Shown here: piece by piece, positions 7,760 through 14,933 of the stretch
How positions within the stretch are numbered: the first letter of the stretch is position 1
Layout of the letters: each line of letters opens with the position of its first letter
Origin: Candidatus Saccharibacteria bacterium oral taxon 488
Lineage (GTDB): Bacteria > Patescibacteriota > Saccharimonadia > Saccharimonadales > Saccharimonadaceae
Reading direction: 5' to 3'
NCBI GenBank assembly: GCA_010202845.1
Contig: CP047921.1
Location: 270,001 to 302,000, forward strand
Length of the DNA: 32,000 bases
The notes under the pieces: generated by a model
Told to the model about the DNA's origin: nothing
Database searches by the model: none
What the model saw: only the letters and a program-made list of their open reading frames with translations
Made by a program: the position numbers and the translations under genes

Positions 7760-10354
7760 TTACTTCTTTGAGCGCCTGCTTTTTCTCGGGGATTTGGATG
7801 ATTTGGCCGAGGCGCGGCCGCGGCGAGCTGGTTTCGCGGGTGCGGCTTTTAGGAGTTCCAAGGCCTGCTCGTGAGTGATGGTTTTTGGGTCGGTGTCTTT
7901 GGGGATTTTGGCGTTTTTCGTGCCGTCGGTGATATATGGGCCGAAGCGGCCGTTGAGGACTTTGACGCCATCGCCAAAGTCAGCGATATTTTTCTCGGCC
8001 TCGGCTTGGAGTTTGGCGGTGTAGAGCTCGCGGGCTTTTTCTAGGGTGATGGTGTGCGGATCTTCAGGCTTGATAGAGACGAAAAGCTTGCCGACTTGGA
8101 TGTACGGGCCGAAGCGGCCGATGTTGGCTTTGATGTCTTGCCCGTCTTCGGTTTGACCAACGACGTGCGGCAATTTGAACATTTCTAGCGCCTGCTCCAG
8201 AGTGACGGTCTCAATTTTCGCGCCTTTTGGTAGCGGTGCAAAGCGCGGTTTGTCCTCGTCGTTAGTGGCGCCCAGCTGCAACATTGGGCCAAAACGGCCA
8301 AAGCGCGCCAGGATTGGCTTGCCAGATTTTGGATCGATGCCGACTTCACGGTTAGCGCCAACTTTACTGCGGTCGATGCCGCCTGACTGTTCGATTAATT
8401 TGTGAAATGGCGTGTAAAATCCGTTGAGCATGGCGCTTTTAGCCAGCTCGGCGGCGGCGATTTTATCAAATTCAGTTTCGACATTGGCGGTGAAATCATA
8501 GTCAACGATTTGCGTGAAATGGTCGGTCAAAAAGTCAGCGATCAGTTCCCCGCTCGGCGTTGGGATGAGTTTACCGCGAGTGGAGCCGGTTTTTTCTTGG
8601 ACGACGTCGCGGCTGACTTCTTCGCCGTTATAATTCAAGACGATGACGTCGCGCGGGCTCCCTTCGCTGTCGCCTTTTTCGACGTAGCCGCGGGTCTGCA
8701 CGGTGTCGATGATGGTGGCGTAGGTGCTTGGCCGGCCAATACCGAGATCTTCGAGTTTCTTAACCAGTGAACCTTCGGTATAGCGGGCTGGCGGTCGGGC
8801 GAAGATTTGGCGGGCGGTGATGTCGTGGGTTTTAAGTGTGTCGCCGGTGTGGAGTTTTGGTAAGAGTTCATCTTTGCCGCCGCCGTAGACGCGTAGGAAG
8901 CCGTCAAAGGTGATGACTTCGCCTTTGGCTTCGAAGTGTAAGTCTGCAGTAGCCGCCTCTCGGACACCATCAGCAAAGTCAGCATCACCAGCGCCACGCT
9001 CCCGCACTGGAGTACTCTTTTCGCTTGTATCTCCACTGGAGATACTACGCGAGCGTTCGGCTGAAACGTTCGCTTCTCGCGAACGTTTCACAGCCTCCAG
9101 CGCAGAAGGTGCCGCTGTTGCTGGCGCATCTGGCGCGAGCGGCGTCTCGGAAAAAATCTGGGATTGTCTCGGGTCCCGGATTGTTTTATGAGACGTCTGA
9201 GTGCCGTCGATAGCAATTACCACCGTGGTCTTCTCTAATTTTGCTGCCGACATTTGCGATGCTAGGGTGCGGCGGCGAATGAGGTCGTAGAGTTTCTGGT
9301 CGTACTCGTTGGAGGTGACGGTTTCGCGGGTAATGTCGGTCGGGCGGATGGCTTCGTGGGCTTCTTGGGCGGAGGCGGATTTGGTTTTGAATTTGCGCAC
9401 AGTCGAATAATCCGGGCCGTACAACCGCTTGATAAAGTCGGTGGCGCTAGCGATGGCCTGCCCGCTCAAATTGACCGAGTCGGTACGCATGTAGGTGATT
9501 TTACCGTCTTGGTACAGCCGCTGGGCTGAGGCCATGGTAGCTTTGGAGCTGAAACCAAGCTTGGCGTTGGCCTCCTGTTGCAGAGTTGACGTCGTAAACG
9601 GCGCGGCTGGGTTGCGGGTGCCAGGCGTCTTTGAGATGTCGCTGACGGTGAACGTGGCTGGCTTGAGGCTGTTCAAGAATTCGTGAGCAGCTGCTTCGGA
9701 ATCAAATTTTTGATTGAGCTCGGCTTTGAATTCTTGATTGTCGTGGATGAATATGGCGGTCACCTTGAACTGCGAGCTGCCTTCAAATTTCATGATTTCT
9801 CGTTCGCGTTCGACCAGTAATCGCACCGCTGGGCTCTGGACGCGGCCAGCCGACTTGCCTCCCGGCACTTTTTGCCAGACTACGGGGCTGAGCTCAAAAC
9901 CAACCAATCGGTCGAGAATTTGCCGTGCCTGCTGCGCTTGCACCAGGTTCATGTCGACGGTGCGCGGGTTTTTGATGGCATTGGTGATAGCATCTTTGGT
10001 AATCTCGTGAAAGACGATGCGTTTGGTCGTCTCAATCGGCAAATCCAATACTTTACAGAGGTGCCAGGCAATGGCCTCCCCTTCGCGGTCTTCATCGGTG
10101 GCCAGCCAGACATTGTCTTTGCCAACAGCCTTGACATTTTTCTTCAGCTCGCTGATGACTTTCTTTTTCTCTGGGTCAACTTCGTAGATAGCAAAAAAAT
10201 CATTCGCCACATCAATTGGCGGCGTGCCATCTTTGGTTTTTTTGACAATTGAGCGGATGTGTCCCACGCTTGACAGGACATGAAAATCCTTGCCTAAGTA
10301 TTTCTCAATGGTTTTAGCTTTGGCTGGTGACTCGACGATGACGAGATTTTTCAT
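7760..10354 (-). CDS. topA: DNA topoisomerase I (type IA) with a zinc-finger-less C-terminal repeat domain and an ~87-codon internal insertion
   Basis: Toprim N-terminus MKNLVIVESPAKAKTIEKYLGKDFHVLSSVGHIRS, and the active-site region ITYMRTDS. Three C-terminal GRFGP repeats (FGRFGPMLQLG, IGRFGPYIQVG, NGRFGPYITDG) and a Lys-rich tail. TATAAT lies 8 nt upstream of the ATG (leaderless-type). Confidence 0.95.
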   Translation of the reverse strand: MKNLVIVESPAKAKTIEKYLGKDFHVLSSVGHIRSIVKKTKDGTPPIDVANDFFAIYEVDPEKKKVISELKKNVKAVGKDNVWLATDEDREGEAIAWHLCKVLDLPIETTKRIVFHEITKDAITNAIKNPRTVDMNLVQAQQARQILDRLVGFELSPVVWQKVPGGKSAGRVQSPAVRLLVEREREIMKFEGSSQFKVTAIFIHDNQEFKAELNQKFDSEAAAHEFLNSLKPATFTVSDISKTPGTRNPAAPFTTSTLQQEANAKLGFSSKATMASAQRLYQDGKITYMRTDSVNLSGQAIASATDFIKRLYGPDYSTVRKFKTKSASAQEAHEAIRPTDITRETVTSNEYDQKLYDLIRRRTLASQMSAAKLEKTTVVIAIDGTQTSHKTIRDPRQSQIFSETPLAPDAPATAAPSALEAVKRSREANVSAERSRSISSGDTSEKSTPVRERGAGDADFADGVREAATADLHFEAKGEVITFDGFLRVYGGGKDELLPKLHTGDTLKTHDITARQIFARPPARYTEGSLVKKLEDLGIGRPSTYATIIDTVQTRGYVEKGDSEGSPRDVIVLNYNGEEVSRDVVQEKTGSTRGKLIPTPSGELIADFLTDHFTQIVDYDFTANVETEFDKIAAAELAKSAMLNGFYTPFHKLIEQSGGIDRSKVGANREVGIDPKSGKPILARFGRFGPMLQLGATNDEDKPRFAPLPKGAKIETVTLEQALEMFKLPHVVGQTEDGQDIKANIGRFGPYIQVGKLFVSIKPEDPHTITLEKARELYTAKLQAEAEKNIADFGDGVKVLNGRFGPYITDGTKNAKIPKDTDPKTITHEQALELLKAAPAKPARRGRASAKSSKSPRKSRRSKK
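9136..9190 (-). repeat. Copy C of a 55-nt imperfectly palindromic repeat, in frame inside topA
   Basis: The reverse complement cataaaacaatccgggacccgagacaatcccagattttttccgagacgccgctcg matches 22834-22888 at 48 of 55 positions (hand alignment). The internal inverted repeat cgtctc...gagacg spans 9143-9195. Confidence 0.85.
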
Positions 10355-10420
10355 AACTCTATATTATATCAAATCACCTCGCAACCACAACCGCCGAGGA
10401 TGTTTGGGTGCGAGAGCCTC

Positions 10421-11110
10421 TTATTGCTGTTGGCGTATTTCTTCCTTGACTTGCTTACTGAGTTTGGCGGCACGTATTATATATTGAGCGGCTGCTAGGC
10501 CAGCAACTGGTAAGTATATTTTAGATACTCCGTCACCGAGGCTACGGAGTACCTTTGCTGTTTTCTCGTGGCCAAACGACTCTGCCGAGCCGCTGAGTAT
10601 GTATAATGATGTCGCGGTCGACACGAGGGCGCCACTGATGCGGCCAACCTGTGTTGGTCGGAGCGGTTCGGCCTGGCTGGGGAGTTGGCGGTGCTTTTGT
10701 TCCGCTATGAGCGTGGCTATTGCTTTGGTCGCCTCGAGGCTGGTCATAGATGCAACGACAGTCTTTGAGGCGAGACCATCTTCTACTATCTTTAGGAGTG
10801 CAGTGGCGGCGACCACTTTATCTCTGATGGGGTCAAGCTTGATACCGAGTTTTGATTGCTGATGGAGGCGTCTCGCTAGTGTTCCATCAGCCTTGTCTGA
10901 CAGTTCGCCAATGACCAAGGCAGCGATACCCTTAACGGTGCCGGCGTTTCGGATGCCGTATATGCTGCATAGTCCACCTATCGTAGTAACGATATTGGGT
11001 AGCGTGAGTATGTCGTCTGATACCTCTTGGTCGATAGGGGTGTCTGGATTATGGCACGTTTCAATGGTTGTATTGGGCCTTGATAATTCTCTCCTCATTG
11101 GGACTAGCAT
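10421..11110 (-). CDS. CDP-alcohol phosphatidyltransferase family protein
   Basis: DKADGTLARRLHQQSKLGIKLDPIRDK fits the family signature D-G-x2-A-R-x8-G-x3-D-x3-D exactly, with hydrophobic segments on either side. The start codon is uncertain (M1 or M5). Confidence 0.8.
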   Translation of the reverse strand: MLVPMRRELSRPNTTIETCHNPDTPIDQEVSDDILTLPNIVTTIGGLCSIYGIRNAGTVKGIAALVIGELSDKADGTLARRLHQQSKLGIKLDPIRDKVVAATALLKIVEDGLASKTVVASMTSLEATKAIATLIAEQKHRQLPSQAEPLRPTQVGRISGALVSTATSLYILSGSAESFGHEKTAKVLRSLGDGVSKIYLPVAGLAAAQYIIRAAKLSKQVKEEIRQQQ

Positions 11111-11155
11111 AGCATCGTAGTAGATAATGTTACAAGCATAGACGCATTGTTGACA

Positions 11156-12028
11156 CTAGTTAAGCGTCCAGTTATTCGCCCCAAGCGGCTTGATCACGCC
11201 GTTGATCTCTAACATGGTTAGTGCCGTGGCGAAGTCGGCTGGGTTGAGACCGGATTGTTGCTGTAGTTGGTCGCCGTCTCTGAGGCCGGTTCGGAGTAAG
11301 TCGATGATAGTGTTTTCGGCTGGGGTTTCACCGAGGGGGGTGACGGCTTGGTCGGTGGCAGATTGAGTGGTTGACGGGGCGATGACATCGAGGATGTCCG
11401 TGGCAGTGGTGGCGACGAGGGCGCCTTGTTTGAGCAGCGCGTTGCAGCCAGCAGACAGCGGGCTGGTGATGTTGCCCGGCACGGCAAAGACGTCGCGGCC
11501 TTGGGATAAGGCGTGAGCGGCGGTGTTCAGTGTGCCGCTGCGCTCGGCGGCCTCGGTGATGATGACGGCGTCAGCTAGGCCGGAGACCAAGCGGTTGCGC
11601 TCCAAGAAACTCCAGCGATTGACGACTTTACCGTCGCCTTTTTGCCACTCAGAGAGGATAGCGCCGCCGTTTTTTATGATATTCATGGCTAATTTGTAAT
11701 TGGTTTGCGGCGAGATGTCGGGCAGTTCATTAGGGATGACGCCGATGACTGTGCCGCCAGCCTCCAGGGCGGCTTTTTGGGCAATGCCGTCGATGCCGAG
11801 CGCCAGGCCGCTAACGATGATGCAGCCGGCTTTTGCCAGGTCGCTCGCCAGCTGCTCGGTCACTTCCCGGCCGTACGCCGAGGGTTTGCGTGAGCCAACG
11901 ATTGCCACGACCGGTGCACCGCTCGTCGGCAATGTTCCCATGAAACACAAGCTTTTCGGTGGATTGGCAATACTTGCCAACCTCTGGGTAAAATTATGCT
12001 CATCTGGACGGATTCTATTGATTTCCAT
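11156..12028 (-). CDS. dprA: DNA-processing protein DprA (Smf)
   Basis: GSRKPSAYGREVTEQLASDLAKAGCIIVSGLALGIDGIAQKAALEAGGTVIGV is the DprA Rossmann-like core. Start moved to the ATG at 12028 (MEINRIRP), which lies 7 nt downstream of TATCAC, with TTGACA 16 nt further upstream. Confidence 0.9.
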   Translation of the reverse strand: MEINRIRPDEHNFTQRLASIANPPKSLCFMGTLPTSGAPVVAIVGSRKPSAYGREVTEQLASDLAKAGCIIVSGLALGIDGIAQKAALEAGGTVIGVIPNELPDISPQTNYKLAMNIIKNGGAILSEWQKGDGKVVNRWSFLERNRLVSGLADAVIITEAAERSGTLNTAAHALSQGRDVFAVPGNITSPLSAGCNALLKQGALVATTATDILDVIAPSTTQSATDQAVTPLGETPAENTIIDLLRTGLRDGDQLQQQSGLNPADFATALTMLEINGVIKPLGANNWTLN

Positions 12029-12048
12029 GACTTTTGTGATAAAAAGTA

Positions 12049-12077
12049 TTGACATGTTGTCAAATGCTTGCTATAAT
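12049..12077 (+). promoter_or_regulatory. Perfect consensus sigma-70 promoter (TTGACA-17 nt-TATAAT) with no ORF downstream
   Basis: TTGACA at 12049-12054, a 17-nt spacer, and TATAAT at 12072-12077. The -35 is part of the palindrome TTGACATGTTGTCAA, which also supplies the -35 of the divergent dprA promoter. Confidence 0.7.
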
Positions 12078-12083
12078 CAGGAG

Positions 12084-12397
12084 CGATTGGTTAGCCGAAG
12101 TGCTAATCAAAAGCACCTTATACCCCCTATTCTAACTAATATGTTAGGTTGCGCGCAATGGCATTAAGTATTCTTACCCTCCACTTTTTGCGATTCAACG
12201 TTACGCGCATACTAACCCCTTTAACTGCCCTTTTTTGAAGGCGACCTCTGTTAAGGTGAGCACTGGATGGTGTTGATATTATAATCAGGCGCGGACTTTT
12301 GGAGTTTTAGTCACGACGCTTCACTGAGACGGGAGCTCGGGTGGGTTGAAGGGTAACAAAGCGCCAGGTGATGCCCACCCTTACCTGGCGCTTTTTT
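12084..12397 (+). ncRNA. Candidate noncoding RNA transcription unit (class unknown), bounded by a promoter and a terminator
   Basis: It runs from the consensus promoter at 12049-12077 to the intrinsic terminator at 12361-12397. No credible plus-strand ORF begins in the interval (the largest is an 8-codon ATG ORF). A second promoter-like copy TATAATCAGGcGCG sits at 12280, which predicts a shorter ~105-nt species. No match to tmRNA, RNase P, SRP or riboswitch signatures that I could recall. Confidence 0.35.
12361..12397 (+). terminator. Intrinsic terminator
   Basis: 9-bp stem GCGCCAGGT / ACCTGGCGC with a 13-nt loop, followed by TTTTTT. Confidence 0.75.
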
Positions 12398-12508
12398 AGT
12401 TGGGTTTTTGATGTGATCTTGCACCGTGTAAATGGAGGTTGGGTGTGAATTGGTGTGGGATGGTTTGCTAGAAAGTGAATTTTTGGGTGGATATGCGTGA
12501 GCATAATA

Positions 12509-12537
12509 TTGACTTTTTGTCTCTAAAATAGTATAGT
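12509..12537 (+). promoter_or_regulatory. Promoter of a leaderless transcript for the 12546 CDS
   Basis: TTGACT (12509-12514), a 17-nt spacer, and TATAGT (12532-12537). The ATG at 12546 lies 8 nt after the -10, and there is no Shine-Dalgarno. Confidence 0.6.
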
Positions 12538-12545
12538 GAATACAT

Positions 12546-13529
12546 ATGACGCAGATAATTGAGCACGATACCTTAGTCAAGTTAAGCCAAGAGCGCCCGT
12601 TGGTGTTTCGAGCCCAAGCGGCCGCCGTCTTGGCGCGCGTGCCGCGACGATTTCGACGAGATGCGCGGATGCTGAATCGTAGCAAGCGCACGATGCACGA
12701 TATGCTGACGGCGTGGCGGGACGAATGGTTGCCGAGGCTAGAGACGATCACCTCGGCGCATAATGCGACAACGTTGCAACAAGCCTTGCAGGAGGATTTG
12801 CTGGCCGAGACGTCGTCGCAGCAACGGCTGATCGCCATGATGATACCGGTGCGGCTTGAGGAGGAGCGACTGGCCTTTGCGGGGTCGCAGTTTACGTCAA
12901 AGCGAGAGAAAAAGCCGTATCAGCGAACGCTGGCGTTCGCCCAGCAGCCAATTGAGGTCTGTCGACAGCAGGTTGAAGATTTTATGAGGTACGAACTGTA
13001 CCGGGCGGTGCTCGGTGAGGTCGGTGTGACCGTGGTGGACAAGCAGGCGCGGCCTTTGGTGCGGTGCTGGCAGCGGCTACGGGCCGGTCGTCAGGTTAAG
13101 AAACTGCGACGTGAGGTAACGAGGCGCTTGGCGGCGATTGAGCGAGAAATGACGGCGATTGAGCAGGAGCGCGGCGGCTTGGCGGCCCGGCTGTTCGGGC
13201 TGAATATTGATTATGTGACGGTGTTGGCAGCGCGACAGGAGTACGAAAAGGCGCTGGGCCGGCTGAGTAAAAAAGCGGCCGAGAGCCCGGCCAAGCGGCT
13301 GGCACTATACGAGAAAAAGACCGAAGCGATTCGCGAGGAATACCTCGACACAGTACCGGGCGTGGCGAATTTGTCAGAAGCGCAGCGGGCGGTCAAGGAA
13401 ATTGATTCGGTGCTGCTCGCGATTTTTGACCTAGACGCGACCGCGCGCAACGAACTGATGAGCGCGTTTAAGCGCTACCGGACGCTGACGCGTGAGCGCG
13501 ACATGCTACGGGCAAAGCTTGAGGTGTAG
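12546..13529 (+). CDS. Hypothetical Arg-rich, predominantly helical/coiled-coil protein
   Basis: 327-aa ORF with consistent coding look. It is GC-richer than its neighbours (about 62 percent by hand count on one 60-nt line). No motif recognised. Confidence 0.65.
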   Translation: MTQIIEHDTLVKLSQERPLVFRAQAAAVLARVPRRFRRDARMLNRSKRTMHDMLTAWRDEWLPRLETITSAHNATTLQQALQEDLLAETSSQQRLIAMMIPVRLEEERLAFAGSQFTSKREKKPYQRTLAFAQQPIEVCRQQVEDFMRYELYRAVLGEVGVTVVDKQARPLVRCWQRLRAGRQVKKLRREVTRRLAAIEREMTAIEQERGGLAARLFGLNIDYVTVLAARQEYEKALGRLSKKAAESPAKRLALYEKKTEAIREEYLDTVPGVANLSEAQRAVKEIDSVLLAIFDLDATARNELMSAFKRYRTLTRERDMLRAKLEV

Positions 13530-13593
13530 TTTGTAAGAGAGATATCGGGCCGTGTGGTTCGTTGGAATTGAGATAGCTGCTGCCGGCGGCTGA

Positions 13594-14043
13594 TTAGGCT
13601 TGGCTCGTCGTCTTGGTTGAGCCAGGCTGCGTATCACCAGCTGCCATGCAGGTCTGGCACACTCCTTCGAGTTCAAAGTGGTGGCGCTCGACACGGAAGT
13701 GATGGCGCTGGCCGATCAAGGCGATGAGCCGTTCTAGCTCTGGTGTCTCCAGCGGTTCGGCGTTATGACAGCGTGTGCAGTAGAGGTGGTGATGATGTTT
13801 GATGAATGGCTCGGCGAGCTCATAACGGACTTTCCAGCCGATGTGGATGGTGTTAATGACGTGAAGCTCGTGAAAGGTTTCGAGAATGCGATAGATGCTG
13901 GTGCGGTTAGTGTTCGGGCAACGCTTGGCGATTTCGGCGATGGTCAGTGGTACGTCGATAGATTCGAGTGCCGTAAAGACTTCGCAGCGTGATTTGGTCA
14001 GGCGAAGGTCGGCTTGGCGAAAGATGTCGCGTAAGGTATCCAT
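13594..14043 (-). CDS. Fur-family metalloregulator (Zur-like)
   Basis: Winged-helix segment TKSRCEVFTALESIDVPLTIAEIAKRC...RTSIYRILETF. Metal sites HHHHLYCTRC and CQTC. Start moved to the ATG at 14043 (MDTLRDIF), which lies 6 nt downstream of TACAAT. The longer ORF would overlap the divergent gene. Confidence 0.85.
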   Translation of the reverse strand: MDTLRDIFRQADLRLTKSRCEVFTALESIDVPLTIAEIAKRCPNTNRTSIYRILETFHELHVINTIHIGWKVRYELAEPFIKHHHHLYCTRCHNAEPLETPELERLIALIGQRHHFRVERHHFELEGVCQTCMAAGDTQPGSTKTTSQA

Positions 14044-14051
14044 GTCGCAAT

Positions 14052-14088
14052 TGTAGCACTTATTGCGACAAAATTGCAATAAGCTACA
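14052..14088. promoter_or_regulatory. 37-bp imperfect palindrome (candidate operator) overlapping both divergent promoters
   Basis: TGTAGCacTTATTGCGACAAAATTGCAATAAGCTACA. The outer arms TGTAGC/GCTACA and the inner ATTGCGACA...TTGCAAT are symmetric. It covers the TTGCAA -35 elements of both the fur promoter (minus strand) and the 14111 promoter (plus strand). Confidence 0.55.
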
Positions 14089-14110
14089 CAATACGCCATA
14101 CTGATGAGCT

Positions 14111-14881
14111 ATGAAAGAATGTATTGAGCGAGTGCTGAGCTTGCCGCAGCTCACACCTTCTGAGGAAGTTAATGCGGCGTTTACCGAATTAGTTGATGCG
14201 GTGGTGGCGCACGGTAAAGAGCCACTGCTGCGTGACGAGGATATTCGCCGTCAGGTGCAGCAGCGCTGCGCGGTAGCCGAAGGAGAGTTGGAACGACACT
14301 GGTCGGGGCGCATCACAGAGGCGGATAACCCGTGGGCAGAGTTAGAAGCGTTTCCGTATCATGAGAATTATAAAGAGTTGACGCGGCGTGAGATTGGGCT
14401 GCTGGGACGGACTGGGCTGCAGCTATGTGGTTGTTCGTCGGAAGTGGCGATGATTGGTAGTGGGCCGTTGCCGCTGACGGGATGGTGGCTACATCGGCTA
14501 ACGGGAGCGCGGATTACGCATGTTGATGCGTCGGACGAGGCAATTGAGTTATCGCGCGGCCTTGCCACGGCGCTTGATTGGCCGGGTAAATTTGTGACTG
14601 GTCTGGGTCAGTCGGTGGCGCTGGATGAGGGGCGATATGATGTGATATATGTAGCGGGACTGGCTGGCGAAACGCTGGCGGAAAAGCAAGCGATCGTTGA
14701 TCATGTACGACCAGCACTTACACCAGACGGGCGACTGATCGCGCGCGGGGCGTACGGGGCGCGCACCCTGCTCTATCCAGGATTTGATGCTCACGCTTTT
14801 GAGGGTGTGCGGCTGATGGAGGAATACCATCCGACAGATGGGGTGATTAATTCGGTCTTTGTGTACAAGCAGGCCGCTTAG
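14111..14881 (+). CDS. Nicotianamine-synthase-like (NAS/CntL-like) SAM-dependent aminobutyryl transferase
   Basis: N-terminal LSLPQLTPSEEVNAAFTELVDAV, then VAMIGSGPLPLTGWWL and DVIYVAGLAG. These match the NAS-family patterns (LsPs.evN.lF..LV; GSGPLPlT; DvvflAALvG) as I recall them. Confidence 0.75.
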   Translation: MKECIERVLSLPQLTPSEEVNAAFTELVDAVVAHGKEPLLRDEDIRRQVQQRCAVAEGELERHWSGRITEADNPWAELEAFPYHENYKELTRREIGLLGRTGLQLCGCSSEVAMIGSGPLPLTGWWLHRLTGARITHVDASDEAIELSRGLATALDWPGKFVTGLGQSVALDEGRYDVIYVAGLAGETLAEKQAIVDHVRPALTPDGRLIARGAYGARTLLYPGFDAHAFEGVRLMEEYHPTDGVINSVFVYKQAA

Positions 14882-14902
14882 GCGTGAGAGCGTTGAAAAC
14901 TA

Positions 14903-14921
14903 ATTGAGACATTGTCGCAAT
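14903..14921. repeat. Copy of the 19-bp palindrome ATTGCGACA-N-TGTCGCAAT
   Basis: ATTGaGACATTGTCGCAAT, in the 52-nt gap between convergent stops (14881 plus, 14934 minus). Confidence 0.7.
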
Positions 14922-14933
14922 AATGATACATAG

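Noticed and set aside
12287-12397. Known riboswitch class upstream of the terminator (TPP because of CTGAGA; guanidine, ZTP, fluoride, preQ1 and Mn were also considered).
   Set aside because: None of the remembered consensus cores is present beyond 5-6 nt. The region is kept only as an unclassified candidate RNA.
12311-12838. 175-aa minus-strand ORF spanning the terminator, the promoter and the start of the 12546 gene.
   Set aside because: It crosses an intrinsic terminator and a promoter and is antisense to a better ORF. Its composition is Cys/Ser/Arg-rich, and it has no start signals.
14044-14154. Longer version of the Fur-family ORF (186 aa, starting at 14154).
   Set aside because: It would overlap the divergent 14111 gene and read through the operator palindrome. 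The ATG at 14043 has a TACAAT box 6 nt upstream, and the Fur fold starts there.
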